This document shows positions 32,702 through 42,029 of a DNA stretch of 64,000 bases, in pieces. Position 1 is the stretch's first letter, and every line of letters starts with the position of its first letter. This stretch comes from an uncultured delta proteobacterium. GTDB taxonomy: Bacteria; Desulfobacterota; Desulfobacteria; Desulfobacterales; JAFDCJ01. The notes beneath the pieces are model-generated. The model was given only the letters and a program-made list of their open reading frames with translations. It was not told the origin of the DNA and searched no databases. The stretch lies in contig CAVYNY010000022.1 in NCBI GenBank assembly GCA_963769935.1, positions 64,001 to 128,000 of the forward strand, read 5' to 3'. The position numbers and the translations under genes were made by a program.

Positions 32702-33478
32702 ATGATGCAATCTGATCGGAAAGAAGTTCGGTTCGTTTTGCGGGCTATGACCTACAACATTCACAGCTGTATCGGCACGGATAAGGAAGTGAATCCGGAA
32801 AGAATCGCCGGGGTTATCGCCGATTCGGCGGCGGACATCGTTGCGCTGCAGGAGGTCGATAAGGGAATTCCGCGCACCCATCATCAGGATCAGGCCAAAT
32901 TACTGGCTGAAATGCTGAATATGGAAGCCGCCTTTTTTCCGGTGGTGAGCTCAGGCGAACAAAAATACGGACTTGCGGTCTTGAGCCGCTTCGAATTTAG
33001 GGAGGTTCATTACGACTGGCTGCCGGTATTGTTTCCGAAATTGAAACTGGACCTGCAGAAGCGGGGATGCCTTCGAACGACGCTTCAAACACCGGCCGGC
33101 CCCGTTCAATTTTTCAACACGCACCTGAGCCTGTATCGGCTGGAACGCCGCAGACAGTTGCAGGCCCTGCTGGGAAATGAATGGTTGGCGGCATGGCCGC
33201 CGCAGACGGCAATCATCTTTTGCGGCGATATGAATGCCGGTCCGTTTTCCCCCGTATACCTGCGTCTATCCAACCTTTTATCCGATGTTCAAAAAAAAGG
33301 GTTGAAGAATCCCGGCAGACCCAAAGCGACCTTTCCTGCCCACCGACCCCTGCTTCGCATCGACCACATGTTTGTCTCTCATAACTTCAGGATCCTTAAT
33401 GTTCAGGTGCCGCGAACAACCGCTGCCCGGCTGGTATCCGACCATCTGCCCATTGTGGCCGAACTCGAACTTAATTAA
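32702..33478 (+). CDS. Endonuclease/exonuclease/phosphatase family protein (YbhP-like)
   Basis: MTYNIH, VALQEVD, NTHL, GDMN, IDHMF, SDHLP. Confidence 0.92.
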   Translation: MMQSDRKEVRFVLRAMTYNIHSCIGTDKEVNPERIAGVIADSAADIVALQEVDKGIPRTHHQDQAKLLAEMLNMEAAFFPVVSSGEQKYGLAVLSRFEFREVHYDWLPVLFPKLKLDLQKRGCLRTTLQTPAGPVQFFNTHLSLYRLERRRQLQALLGNEWLAAWPPQTAIIFCGDMNAGPFSPVYLRLSNLLSDVQKKGLKNPGRPKATFPAHRPLLRIDHMFVSHNFRILNVQVPRTTAARLVSDHLPIVAELELN

Positions 33479-33533
33479 TCCGCCGATAAAGCGGCCGATC
33501 CAGATATGGAGAATTAGAGGGAATTATGCAGCG

Positions 33534-34307
33534 TTAGGTTTTATCCTGAATTCCTCGTCTCTTCTCTTCCCAGTAGCCGTGCCGGCCATAATGCTCATGC
33601 AGCGCGCATTCATATTTGCGGTCGATCGTCCCCAGCGTGTCGTATTCCGGGCTGTCTTTCACGCTGTCGGTCGAAAGATCGACCTGCAATTTTTTTTCCG
33701 CCCAATTTACCGCCGTGATCCACTGGGGAGATAACAGCACCTTGCGGCCCGGCAGCCAATTGCGCGTATTGACGACGACATAACGCAGGGCCCACTTTTC
33801 GTCATCGACCATAAAATCTTCAACATGACCGATCCCGCTGTCGGTTGCCTGAATATGGTAACCGGTCACCTCTTTGATCGACCGCAGGTGTTTTTCTTCG
33901 AGATCTTCAAATTCGGTGGCCAATTGCTCCTCTTCCGCCCGCAGCATGGAGGGCGTAGGTTGGGTTTGCAACTCACTCGCTCCGGCCCAGTAAGGGGAGG
34001 TGCGGTAATACTCGCTGAAAATTATTTCGTATTGGCGCGAAACAGGCGCGTCTTCATCCAGCGGCGGGCTGGCCTTGATCTGGCGGCGCTTCAACTTCAC
34101 CTGAAAAAGATTGGTGCACCAGTCAGGTTCCCCCAACGATGCCGGTGAAATGAGCACTTTGCGGCCCGGCAGCCATTTGCGGGTGTCGGCCACCATGTAC
34201 CGAATCGTCCATTTTTCATCGTCGTACAGAAAATCCTTGCAGCGTCCGATTTCGCCGTCTTCGGCCAATAGAACATAATTTAAGATTTCATTTACGTTGC
34301 GTAACAT
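33534..34307 (-). CDS. Cytoplasmic protein with two PRC-barrel domains
   Basis: Repeated A.DG.IG...DF..DDEKW.lRY.V.dTR.WLPGRKVL.SP. Confidence 0.9.
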   Translation of the reverse strand: MLRNVNEILNYVLLAEDGEIGRCKDFLYDDEKWTIRYMVADTRKWLPGRKVLISPASLGEPDWCTNLFQVKLKRRQIKASPPLDEDAPVSRQYEIIFSEYYRTSPYWAGASELQTQPTPSMLRAEEEQLATEFEDLEEKHLRSIKEVTGYHIQATDSGIGHVEDFMVDDEKWALRYVVVNTRNWLPGRKVLLSPQWITAVNWAEKKLQVDLSTDSVKDSPEYDTLGTIDRKYECALHEHYGRHGYWEEKRRGIQDKT

Positions 34308-34460
34308 GATGAAAGCTCCTTTCCCCTACCTCACATTTAAAAAATATCAGCGGCGTTTAAACGGATAAATGGGGTGAGGCCGGTATTTTATACCGATATT
34401 TACAGTATATTTCACCACTGCATCCGCTCCAACTGTTCAAATAGGGCCGTTTCAATCCCG

Positions 34461-34482
34461 GAATACAGGATTGACGGTATTT
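34461..34482 (+). promoter_or_regulatory. Candidate operator between the divergent PRC and USP genes
   Basis: GAATACAGGATTGACGGTATTT, with TAGATT at 34503-34508. Confidence 0.55.
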
Positions 34483-34594
34483 GAATTTTGCTAAGGGTAG
34501 ATTAGATTGATTGAAACCAGCCTGAATGGGGCGCAATCAAATTGCCGCTTGGGTGATTCAGCAGCAGTAACAAGGAAAGTGAGATCAACCAACT

Positions 34595-35056
34595 ATGCTG
34601 CCTTTAAAAAAGATCGTTTGGCCCACTGATTTCAGCAACCCGGCCGATGAGGGTCTGAAAATCGCCACCGAATTGGCTGCCCAATTTTCGGCCGAGTTGC
34701 TGCTGGTGCATGTAATAGCCCCCCTGCCGACCATGCAGTGCGGCGCTGCGCCGACCGGCTTTCAGATTTCCTCCGTCCTGAAAGAAATTCAAGATTCGGC
34801 GAAAAAATCTCTGGAAGAAATCCGGCGTGAAAGGATACCGGCCGGTATCCAAGCCCGTACGTTTGTGATCAATGGCAGACCGGCCCACGAGATTGTGAAG
34901 TTGGCCGAGGATGAAAGGGCCGACATCATCGTCATATCGAGTCAAGGCGAGTCCGCCTGGCATCGGTTTGTGTTCGGCTCAGTGGCTGAAAAGGTCGTCA
35001 GACATGCGGATTGCCCGGTTTTAACGGTTCGGGCACCGGATCGGCAGAAGGAATAG
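34595..35056 (+). CDS. Universal stress protein
   Basis: KKIVWPTDFS, LLVHV, ADIIVISSQG, FGSVAEKVVRHADCPVLTV. Confidence 0.95.
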   Translation: MLPLKKIVWPTDFSNPADEGLKIATELAAQFSAELLLVHVIAPLPTMQCGAAPTGFQISSVLKEIQDSAKKSLEEIRRERIPAGIQARTFVINGRPAHEIVKLAEDERADIIVISSQGESAWHRFVFGSVAEKVVRHADCPVLTVRAPDRQKE

Positions 35057-35094
35057 GTACGACATACCCTTCAGATACGGTTTTTTGCGATATC

Positions 35095-35116
35095 GCATAC
35101 TAGATTTATCCTATTT
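35095..35116 (+). promoter_or_regulatory. Weaker copy of the candidate operator upstream of the second glgA
   Basis: GCATACTAGATTTATCCTATTT, with TATAAT at 35129-35134. Confidence 0.4.
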
Positions 35117-35194
35117 TCTCCGCAAAGGTATAATATCATGTTACGGCTGAATGACTAGTTTTAAATAAACACATGACCTCCGGGCAGGAACCGG

Positions 35195-36892
35195 ATGACA
35201 AGCGATAAAACATCAAATCCACGTATTTTAATTGTGACGCCGGAGGTGACCTACCTGCCGCACGGCATGGGAAACATTGCCGATTTCCTGGCAGCCAAAG
35301 CCGGCGGCCTGGCGGATGTTTCGGCAACCCTGATCAGCGCTTTATTTGATCAGGGAGCAGATGTACATGTCGCCATCCCGGATTATCGGGCGTTGTATAA
35401 TACACGGCTGCCGCGGCTGCTTAAGCGCGGGATTCAATCATTCAAAAACAGACTGCCGGAGGGGAGGGTCCATCTGGCGCAGGATCGCTCCTTTTTTTAT
35501 CTCAACCACGTCTATACCCATTTCGACTGGGAAAACACCAAAATTGCAATTGCCTTCCAGCGCGAAGTGATCAACAACATTATCCCGGCGGTGCAACCCG
35601 ATTTGATCCACTGCAATGATTGGATGACCGGTCTGATTCCGGGTATCGCACGACAGGCGGGCATCCCCTGTCTGTTTACGATTCACAACATTTACACGGT
35701 CAAATGCGCCCTGAGCGCCATAGAAGATCGGGGAATCGATGCGGCCGAATTCTGGCAGGACCTGTATTTCGAATGGATGCCCACCTATTATGAAGAAATA
35801 AGGGATACCAACGCTGTGGATTTTCTGGCCAGCGGCATATTTGCCGCCCACTTCGTCAATACTGTCAGTCCGACATTTTTGCTGGAGGTGGCCCAGGGGA
35901 GGCACGATTTTGTGCCGCAGCACGTTCAGCAGGAACTGGCCAATAAAGTACAGGCTGGATGTGCCGTGGGGATTTTGAACGCGCCGGATTCCGCTTTCAA
36001 CCCGCTGCAGGATCCGCATATCGAATACAATTTCGGGCCCGATGACCATGAGGGCGGGAAAAAACTGAACAAGCGTTTGCTGCAGCAACGACTCGGCTTG
36101 TTGGAGGATGACGGGGCGCCGCTGTTGTTCTGGCCGTCGCGGCTGGATCACGTCCAAAAAGGCTGCCAACTGCTGGCAGAGATTCTCTACGAGGTTGTAT
36201 CCAGATACTGGAAACAAAACCTGGAAATTGTTTTCGTGGCCGACGGTGATTTCAAATCGCATTTCAAGAACATTGTTCAGTTTCATGGCCTTGATGAACG
36301 GGTGGCGGTATGGGATTACAACGAAAAAATGGCGCATCTGGCCTATGCGGCTTCAGATTTCATCATGATGCCGTCTCTGTTTGAACCCTGCGGACTGCCG
36401 CAGATGATCGGCGCCCTTTACGGTGCGCTGCCCATCGGGCACGATACCGGCGGAATTCACGATACTGTTCGCCATCTGGATGTCGCGCACAATAAGGGCA
36501 ATGGGTTTTTATTCCAGGTCCATGATTCCAACGGTCTGGCATGGGCGATCGATCAGGCCATGAATTTCTACAATCTTCCGGCATCGGTCAGAAAGCAAAA
36601 TATCGGGCGCGTGATGCGGCAGAGTGCAGCCAGGTTTAATCCTGCCGCAACGGCTCGCCGCTACATGGACATTTATGAAAAGATGCTGCAGCGCCCTTTG
36701 GTTCACCGGCAATCTGCGAAATTTCAGAGCCTCTACCAAGATACAATTCGAAAATCCGGGTTTTCTGGTTTGGCGGGCATTCGGCGTCACCAGGCTAAAT
36801 TTATGCGCGATGCCGTATCCAGGTTTATAAATTCTGCGCATAAACACACCCGAAAAAGAAAGGGGGAGGGGGATGAGGGCCGCAACGGATGA
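35195..36892 (+). CDS. glgA: Second, divergent glycogen/starch synthase (GT5)
   Basis: KAGGLADV, HCNDW, FTIHN, NTVSP, GILN, MPSLFEPCGLPQM, TGGIHDTV. Confidence 0.88.
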   Translation: MTSDKTSNPRILIVTPEVTYLPHGMGNIADFLAAKAGGLADVSATLISALFDQGADVHVAIPDYRALYNTRLPRLLKRGIQSFKNRLPEGRVHLAQDRSFFYLNHVYTHFDWENTKIAIAFQREVINNIIPAVQPDLIHCNDWMTGLIPGIARQAGIPCLFTIHNIYTVKCALSAIEDRGIDAAEFWQDLYFEWMPTYYEEIRDTNAVDFLASGIFAAHFVNTVSPTFLLEVAQGRHDFVPQHVQQELANKVQAGCAVGILNAPDSAFNPLQDPHIEYNFGPDDHEGGKKLNKRLLQQRLGLLEDDGAPLLFWPSRLDHVQKGCQLLAEILYEVVSRYWKQNLEIVFVADGDFKSHFKNIVQFHGLDERVAVWDYNEKMAHLAYAASDFIMMPSLFEPCGLPQMIGALYGALPIGHDTGGIHDTVRHLDVAHNKGNGFLFQVHDSNGLAWAIDQAMNFYNLPASVRKQNIGRVMRQSAARFNPAATARRYMDIYEKMLQRPLVHRQSAKFQSLYQDTIRKSGFSGLAGIRRHQAKFMRDAVSRFINSAHKHTRKRKGEGDEGRNG

Positions 36893-37220
36893 AGGAGTCC
36901 AGGAACGAGAGGATAAAAGGCGGGATAAGCGCTTAATGTCGCACGCCCCGCTTATTTTTTCAATCTTCGGCAGCAACTTCCAGCGCGAAAGTGCGTCGAT
37001 GACGTTTAATCACAGCCGAGGCGGGCTTTGTTTCGAAGCGGCCGAGCCAATAAAACCTGGAACCACGCTTTGCATCCGCAGAGGGAAAGCGCCCGCCGAT
37101 GAAAGTCACGACGCTCGATGGGAACACCTGCCGACATCCTCACTGGGAGAGGTCAGATGGTGCCGCGAATTGGCCGATAAGTTCGGTACCTACTATTGCA
37201 TTGGTGTTAAATATTACTGA
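36873..37220 (+). CDS. PilZ-domain protein
   Basis: RRDKR (RxxxR), NHSRGG (NxSxxG), GEVRWC...IGVKY. Confidence 0.8.
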   Translation: MRAATDEGVQEREDKRRDKRLMSHAPLIFSIFGSNFQRESASMTFNHSRGGLCFEAAEPIKPGTTLCIRRGKAPADESHDARWEHLPTSSLGEVRWCRELADKFGTYYCIGVKYY

Positions 37221-37232
37221 GGGTATATTCTC

Positions 37233-37631
37233 TCAAAATTTGATGAACACTTTGGATTCTTTGTATTCATCGGTGTTCTGCGCATTTTCGTTGGCGCGGA
37301 CGTCCGGGTCCAAACCGTATATATTGATTCCAGGGGCAAAGATCCCGGGGAGGCTATAGGTGATGGATTCGGGAAATTCGCCGGCTGAAGTATGAATCTG
37401 CGTCACGATCGCTTTGCCCGGAATATGGTGAAACTCAACAATATCTTCCAGGTAGACGGCGACCATTCTTCTAAACGTGTCATGCGTCTTCTTCATCGAA
37501 TGGATGAGTTCCTTAAATTCAGCGGTGGCGCGTTCAATATTATCCGTGTCCACCACGGTGGTAAAATAGCCGTGGCGGATCTCCTGCTCCGTGCCGATCT
37601 CATCAAAAGAAAAATGACCGATATAAAGCAT
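37233..37631 (-). CDS. Hypothetical protein (132 aa)
   Basis: AGGAGG RBS and a globular-looking composition. No family recognised. Confidence 0.7.
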   Translation of the reverse strand: MLYIGHFSFDEIGTEQEIRHGYFTTVVDTDNIERATAEFKELIHSMKKTHDTFRRMVAVYLEDIVEFHHIPGKAIVTQIHTSAGEFPESITYSLPGIFAPGINIYGLDPDVRANENAQNTDEYKESKVFIKF

Positions 37632-37923
37632 CCTTCCTCCTGATAACTTTTGATTGTTTCTGTAAGCTAAGTTTATAAATTATTCAGTTCCAATTGCTGG
37701 CGGCAAATTAGCAGGACTCAACGTGGCTTTCGAGACCCTGAGCCGCTCGACCACAGTAAAAAATTAATCATTGGGACCGCTAAACTGAATAGAGTCAAGC
37801 ATGTATATCCAATCTAAAGTTATAGTATTTGAAGGAGTTTTTTTAACAGGCAAAGCGGCAAAAATACCAATAGTTACTGTCTGCGCGTCTTAATCTGGAC
37901 AAAACGCAATGTTGAGGTTGTTC

Positions 37924-38760
37924 TCAGTCTTTTTTACTTTTTCTGGCAATAAGCCTTTCTTCTTCAGGAATAGGAGGCGGAACAGGCTCGCCGGAAATCT
38001 TATCCACCGCGCCGAAGCGAGGAGGGCAGGCTTCAAAGCAGGTTCCGCATTTTATGCATTTGTCCTGGTCAATGACATGAATCCGGTTCTTGCCGCCTGT
38101 AATCGCCTCCACGGGACATCTCCTGGCGCAAATCATACAGGCCTGGCACTTCTCCGGGTCAATATGGTACGAGACGACGTCACGAAACAACTCGTCTATC
38201 TCGTCGCTGGTGTAAAATCCGTCATATTCTTCTTTGTTTCCAAGGCGCGACTCCAGCTTCTTCCTTTTTGCTATCTTAATGTAGGGAATCAGCTTTCTAA
38301 CTTCTTCAAGTTTGGACTTTAAATTATCCCGGTCTATTTCTTCGCCCTTGCCAAGTGGTCCTAACTCCTTGACCTTCTTACAAAAATCATCAACAGCTTC
38401 GGTAAAAAGGATTCCTTCACCGGAAGACATAAATTCGATGCTCAATCTTTCCGGATTTAGTCCTATGTGCGCCATTATTTTTCTGCAGAGAAGCACCATG
38501 TTCAGGGCATGGTAATTTCCATGGGTAATATAGTTGCATTCATTGAGGCGGCAAGCGCCGATAAACACCCCATCCATTCCATTTGAAAAGGCTCGGAGTA
38601 TAAATTCCAGGTCGACTCTACCGGAACACATGACGCGAATAAGCCTGATTTCAGTTGAATATTGCAGTCTGGAAACTCCAGCCAGGTCAGCAGCGCCGTA
38701 TGCTCACCAATGGCATACAAAACCTAATATTCTTGGTTTAAAATTAAGTCCTGTACTCAT
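37924..38760 (-). CDS. bamF: Class II benzoyl-CoA reductase subunit F, MvhD-like selenoprotein with C-terminal 2x[4Fe-4S]
   Basis: MSTGLNFKPRILGFVCHW-U-AYGAADLAG...RVMCSGRVD, with in-frame TGA at 38706-38704. C-terminal CQACMICARRCP and CIKCGTCFEACP. Confidence 0.9.
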
Positions 38761-38777
38761 TCCTTCTCAACTCCTTT

Positions 38778-38900
38778 CGGTCCGTCAGTCGGTTGGCCGG
38801 TTTGCCGGTTACAGTTGTAACCCGTTAGTTGCCGTCGAGAAGGCCTCAGGCTTAACGGGCCGACGGGCAAGCTGGTCAACGGGCCAACCGGCTAAACTGA
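38778..38900. repeat. 8-mer-based imperfect palindrome between bamE and bamF
   Basis: CGGTTGGCC (38790-38798) / GGCCAACCG (38882-38890). CCGGTTNG units on the left, AACGGGC units on the right. Confidence 0.65.
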
Positions 38901-38913
38901 TTCAAAATGCCTT

Positions 38914-41900
38914 CTACACAACGCCAAGCGCCGCATCAATCTGGCTCAAGAGGTCTTCATCGGTAAAGTGCTTGAGAAAAATAGCTCCTGTCGGACACTT
39001 TGGGTTGCAGAGGCCGTCTCCTTTACAAAGTACCGGATTAACCACCGCCTTTTGACCCTGGCGGGTATCGCGAAACTCTATGGCCTTGTACGTACAGGCT
39101 GAGATGCATGCCCCGCAGCCGATACACTTGGGCTCTGCCACCTCGCAAACAGAACCGGAGACGGTGACGGTATCGTGTGACAGAAGGGTTAGAGTGCGAC
39201 TGGCAGCTCCATAGGCCTGGTTAATCGCTTCCGGTATATGCTTGGGATAGTGGGCCAAGCCACAAAGATAAACGCCGTCCGTACCAAACTCAACCGGTCT
39301 TAATTTGACATGGGCTTCTTTGAAAAAACCATCCGGTCCCAATGAAATCTTGAACAATTGAGATAATTCCCTGTTTCCCGCGGCGGGAACTACGGCCGCC
39401 GCCAACGCAAGGTAGTCGGCATCTATCGCCAGCTTCTGACCCAAAATATAATCCGGCAAGGTCACCCTTAAAACAGGCCGGCCTTCCTCCTCAACAGCTT
39501 CCACCCGGGGTTTATCATTCGGCTCATAGCGGATGAACTTTACATCATTATCAGACGCTTTGCGATAATAGTCTTCGCTGAATCCATAGGTCCTGATATC
39601 CCGAAAGAGAATGTAGATATCCATCTGCGGGTTTATCTCTTTCAGTTGCAAGGCGTTCTTGATAGCATTGCTGCAACATACCCGGGCGCAGTAATCCCGG
39701 TCCTCATTTCGGCAGCCCACGCATTGGATCATCACCAGACTCCGGGAGGTTGTCAGCCTTTCTTCCCGCCGGGCGATTTGCTCGCCCAACTCCAATTGGG
39801 TCAATACCCTGTCATCTTTTCCGTAAAGATATTCGGTGGGCTTATACTCATCGGCACCGGTAGCGATGACGGCGGCGCCATGTTTTATCTCTGTGGTCCC
39901 TCGTTCAGACTTTACCCTGGTTACGAAATTGCCGACGTAGCCGGTGGCCTCTGTGATGACGGCATCCGTAAATACATGGATTGAAGGATGCTGATATACC
40001 CGGCGCACAAGATCACGCAAATAGCCCTGAACGTCCATTCCATCCAAGGTGGCATGGATTCTTCTGGCTGTTCCCCCCAGGTCTGTGTCCTTTTCCAGCA
40101 GGTATACCTCATGTCCCTGGTTGGCGATGGAAAGCGCACAAGTCATGCCGGCGATACCGCCGCCGACTACCAACGCCGATTTATTTACCGGCAGATCAAT
40201 CTCCTGCAACGGCTGCAGATGGCAGGCGCGAGCTACCGACATCCGGGTTATATCCTTGGCCTTTATGGTGGCATCTTCCTTTTCGCGCGAGTGGACCCAG
40301 GAGCAATGTTCTCTGATATTGGCCATGTCGAAGTAATATTGATTAATTCCCGCCTCCCGCAGCGTGTCCCGGAATAACGGCTCCAGGGTCCTGGGGGAGC
40401 AGGCCGCGACAACCACTCGATTGAGCCCTTTTTCCCGGATCGTTTCCGTTATTGCGCTGGCCGAATCCGTCGCGCATGCGAATAGCTGCTCCGTGGCGTA
40501 GACAACATTGGGCAGGCTTTTAACATATTCAACCGTAGAAGGAACATCGACCACTCTGCCGATGTTGGCCCCGCAATGACACACAAAGACGCCTATCCTT
40601 GGCTCCTCTTGCGAGACATCCTTTTCCGAAGGATATATCCTCGCGCGGGACAGCTTGCCGCGCCGGTAGTCCAGGAATTCGCCGCATTGGGAGCCTGCGC
40701 CGCTGGCGGAAAAAACCGACTCGGGGATATCCATCGGACCCTGGAAGGCGCCGCTGACAAATATTCCCGGGCGCGAGGTCTCAATGGGATTCATAGGATT
40801 GGTTTTGCAGAACCCGTGCGAATTGAGCTCGATGCCATACATATCAGCCAGTTTTTCCACTTCGGCCGGCGGATTCAATCCAATGGATAGCACCACCAGA
40901 TCGAACTCCTCTTCCTTAACACCGTCTTGGGTCGTAGAGTACCTGATGGTAACATTCCTGCTTTCCGGGATTTCTCTTCCGATGGATACGTAGCTTCTGA
41001 TAAATCGGACCCCGGGAAGGCTCTCGGCTCTTTGGTAGAATCGTTCGAAATCTTTGCTGTAGGAGCGAATATCGTTATGGAATATCGTACATTCGGCCGC
41101 GGTGTCATGATCTTTTGTCAATATCACCTGCTTCTGGGTATAGGTGCAGCATACGGCCGAACAATAGCTGTTGCCGCCCGGGATAACCTGTCTGGAACCG
41201 ACGCATTGAATCCAGGCTATTTTATGGGGATGCTTCTTGTCGGAAGGCCGCAATATCTCGCCTTCGTGCGGTCCGGTGGCGCATAACAGCCGTTCAAAGT
41301 CAAGGCTGGTGACCACGTTTTGCATCTTTCCGTAGCCATAGTCGCCCCTCAATTTGGGATTAAATGCCTCATAGCCCGGCGACAGGACAATCGCCCCGAC
41401 TTTTATTTTTACCTCCTCTTCCGTTTGATGAAGATCAATGGCCTCATTTTGACACACGCCTTCGCAAATAGCGCATTTCTTCTCTTTAAGGTAAAGGCAG
41501 TTTTCATGGATATACGTGACCAGGGGCACGGCCTGGGAAAAATATATATGGATGGCTTTATTCGCCGATAAATCCTGATTGTATGGATCAGGGACCTTGA
41601 CCGGACAGTATTCGACACAGGTCGCACAACCCGTGCATTTGTCCTCTATAACGTATCTGGGTTTTTTATTCAGGGTGACTTTGAAGTCTCCTGCTTCCCC
41701 TGCGACACCTTCAACTTCCGTATAAGTCAGGACCTCTATATTTGGATGCCGGCCGACCTCGACCAGTTTGGGTGAGAGGATTCACATGGAACAGTCATTG
41801 GTGGGATAGGTTTTGTCAAGCTGGGCCATATGGCCGCCAATGGCCGGTGATTTCTCAACCAGATAAACCTTATAGCCCGAATCGGCCAGATCGAGCGAGG

Positions 41901-41997
41901 CCTGAATACCGCTGATTCCACCACCGACAACCATAACATCGCCGAAATTGCCGTCGGCGATACTTTTACTAAGCTGTTCAATTTGTTCTTGTTCCAT
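38914..41997 (-). CDS. bamE: Class II benzoyl-CoA reductase subunit E, HdrA-like flavin/FeS selenoprotein (about 1027 aa)
   Basis: ORFs 41782-41997 and 38914-41529 share a frame and are joined by TGA 41784-41782 in [18 protein letters not shown]. Two GGGIxG FAD motifs, [25 protein letters not shown]. Confidence 0.92.
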
Positions 41998-42029
41998 TTA
42001 TATCCGCCTTTATCAGATTTGATGATTCT

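Noticed and set aside
41782..41997. Separate 71-aa gene or bamE pseudogene
   Set aside because: The TGA aligns with a conserved Cys and has a SECIS-like hairpin, so it is read as Sec.
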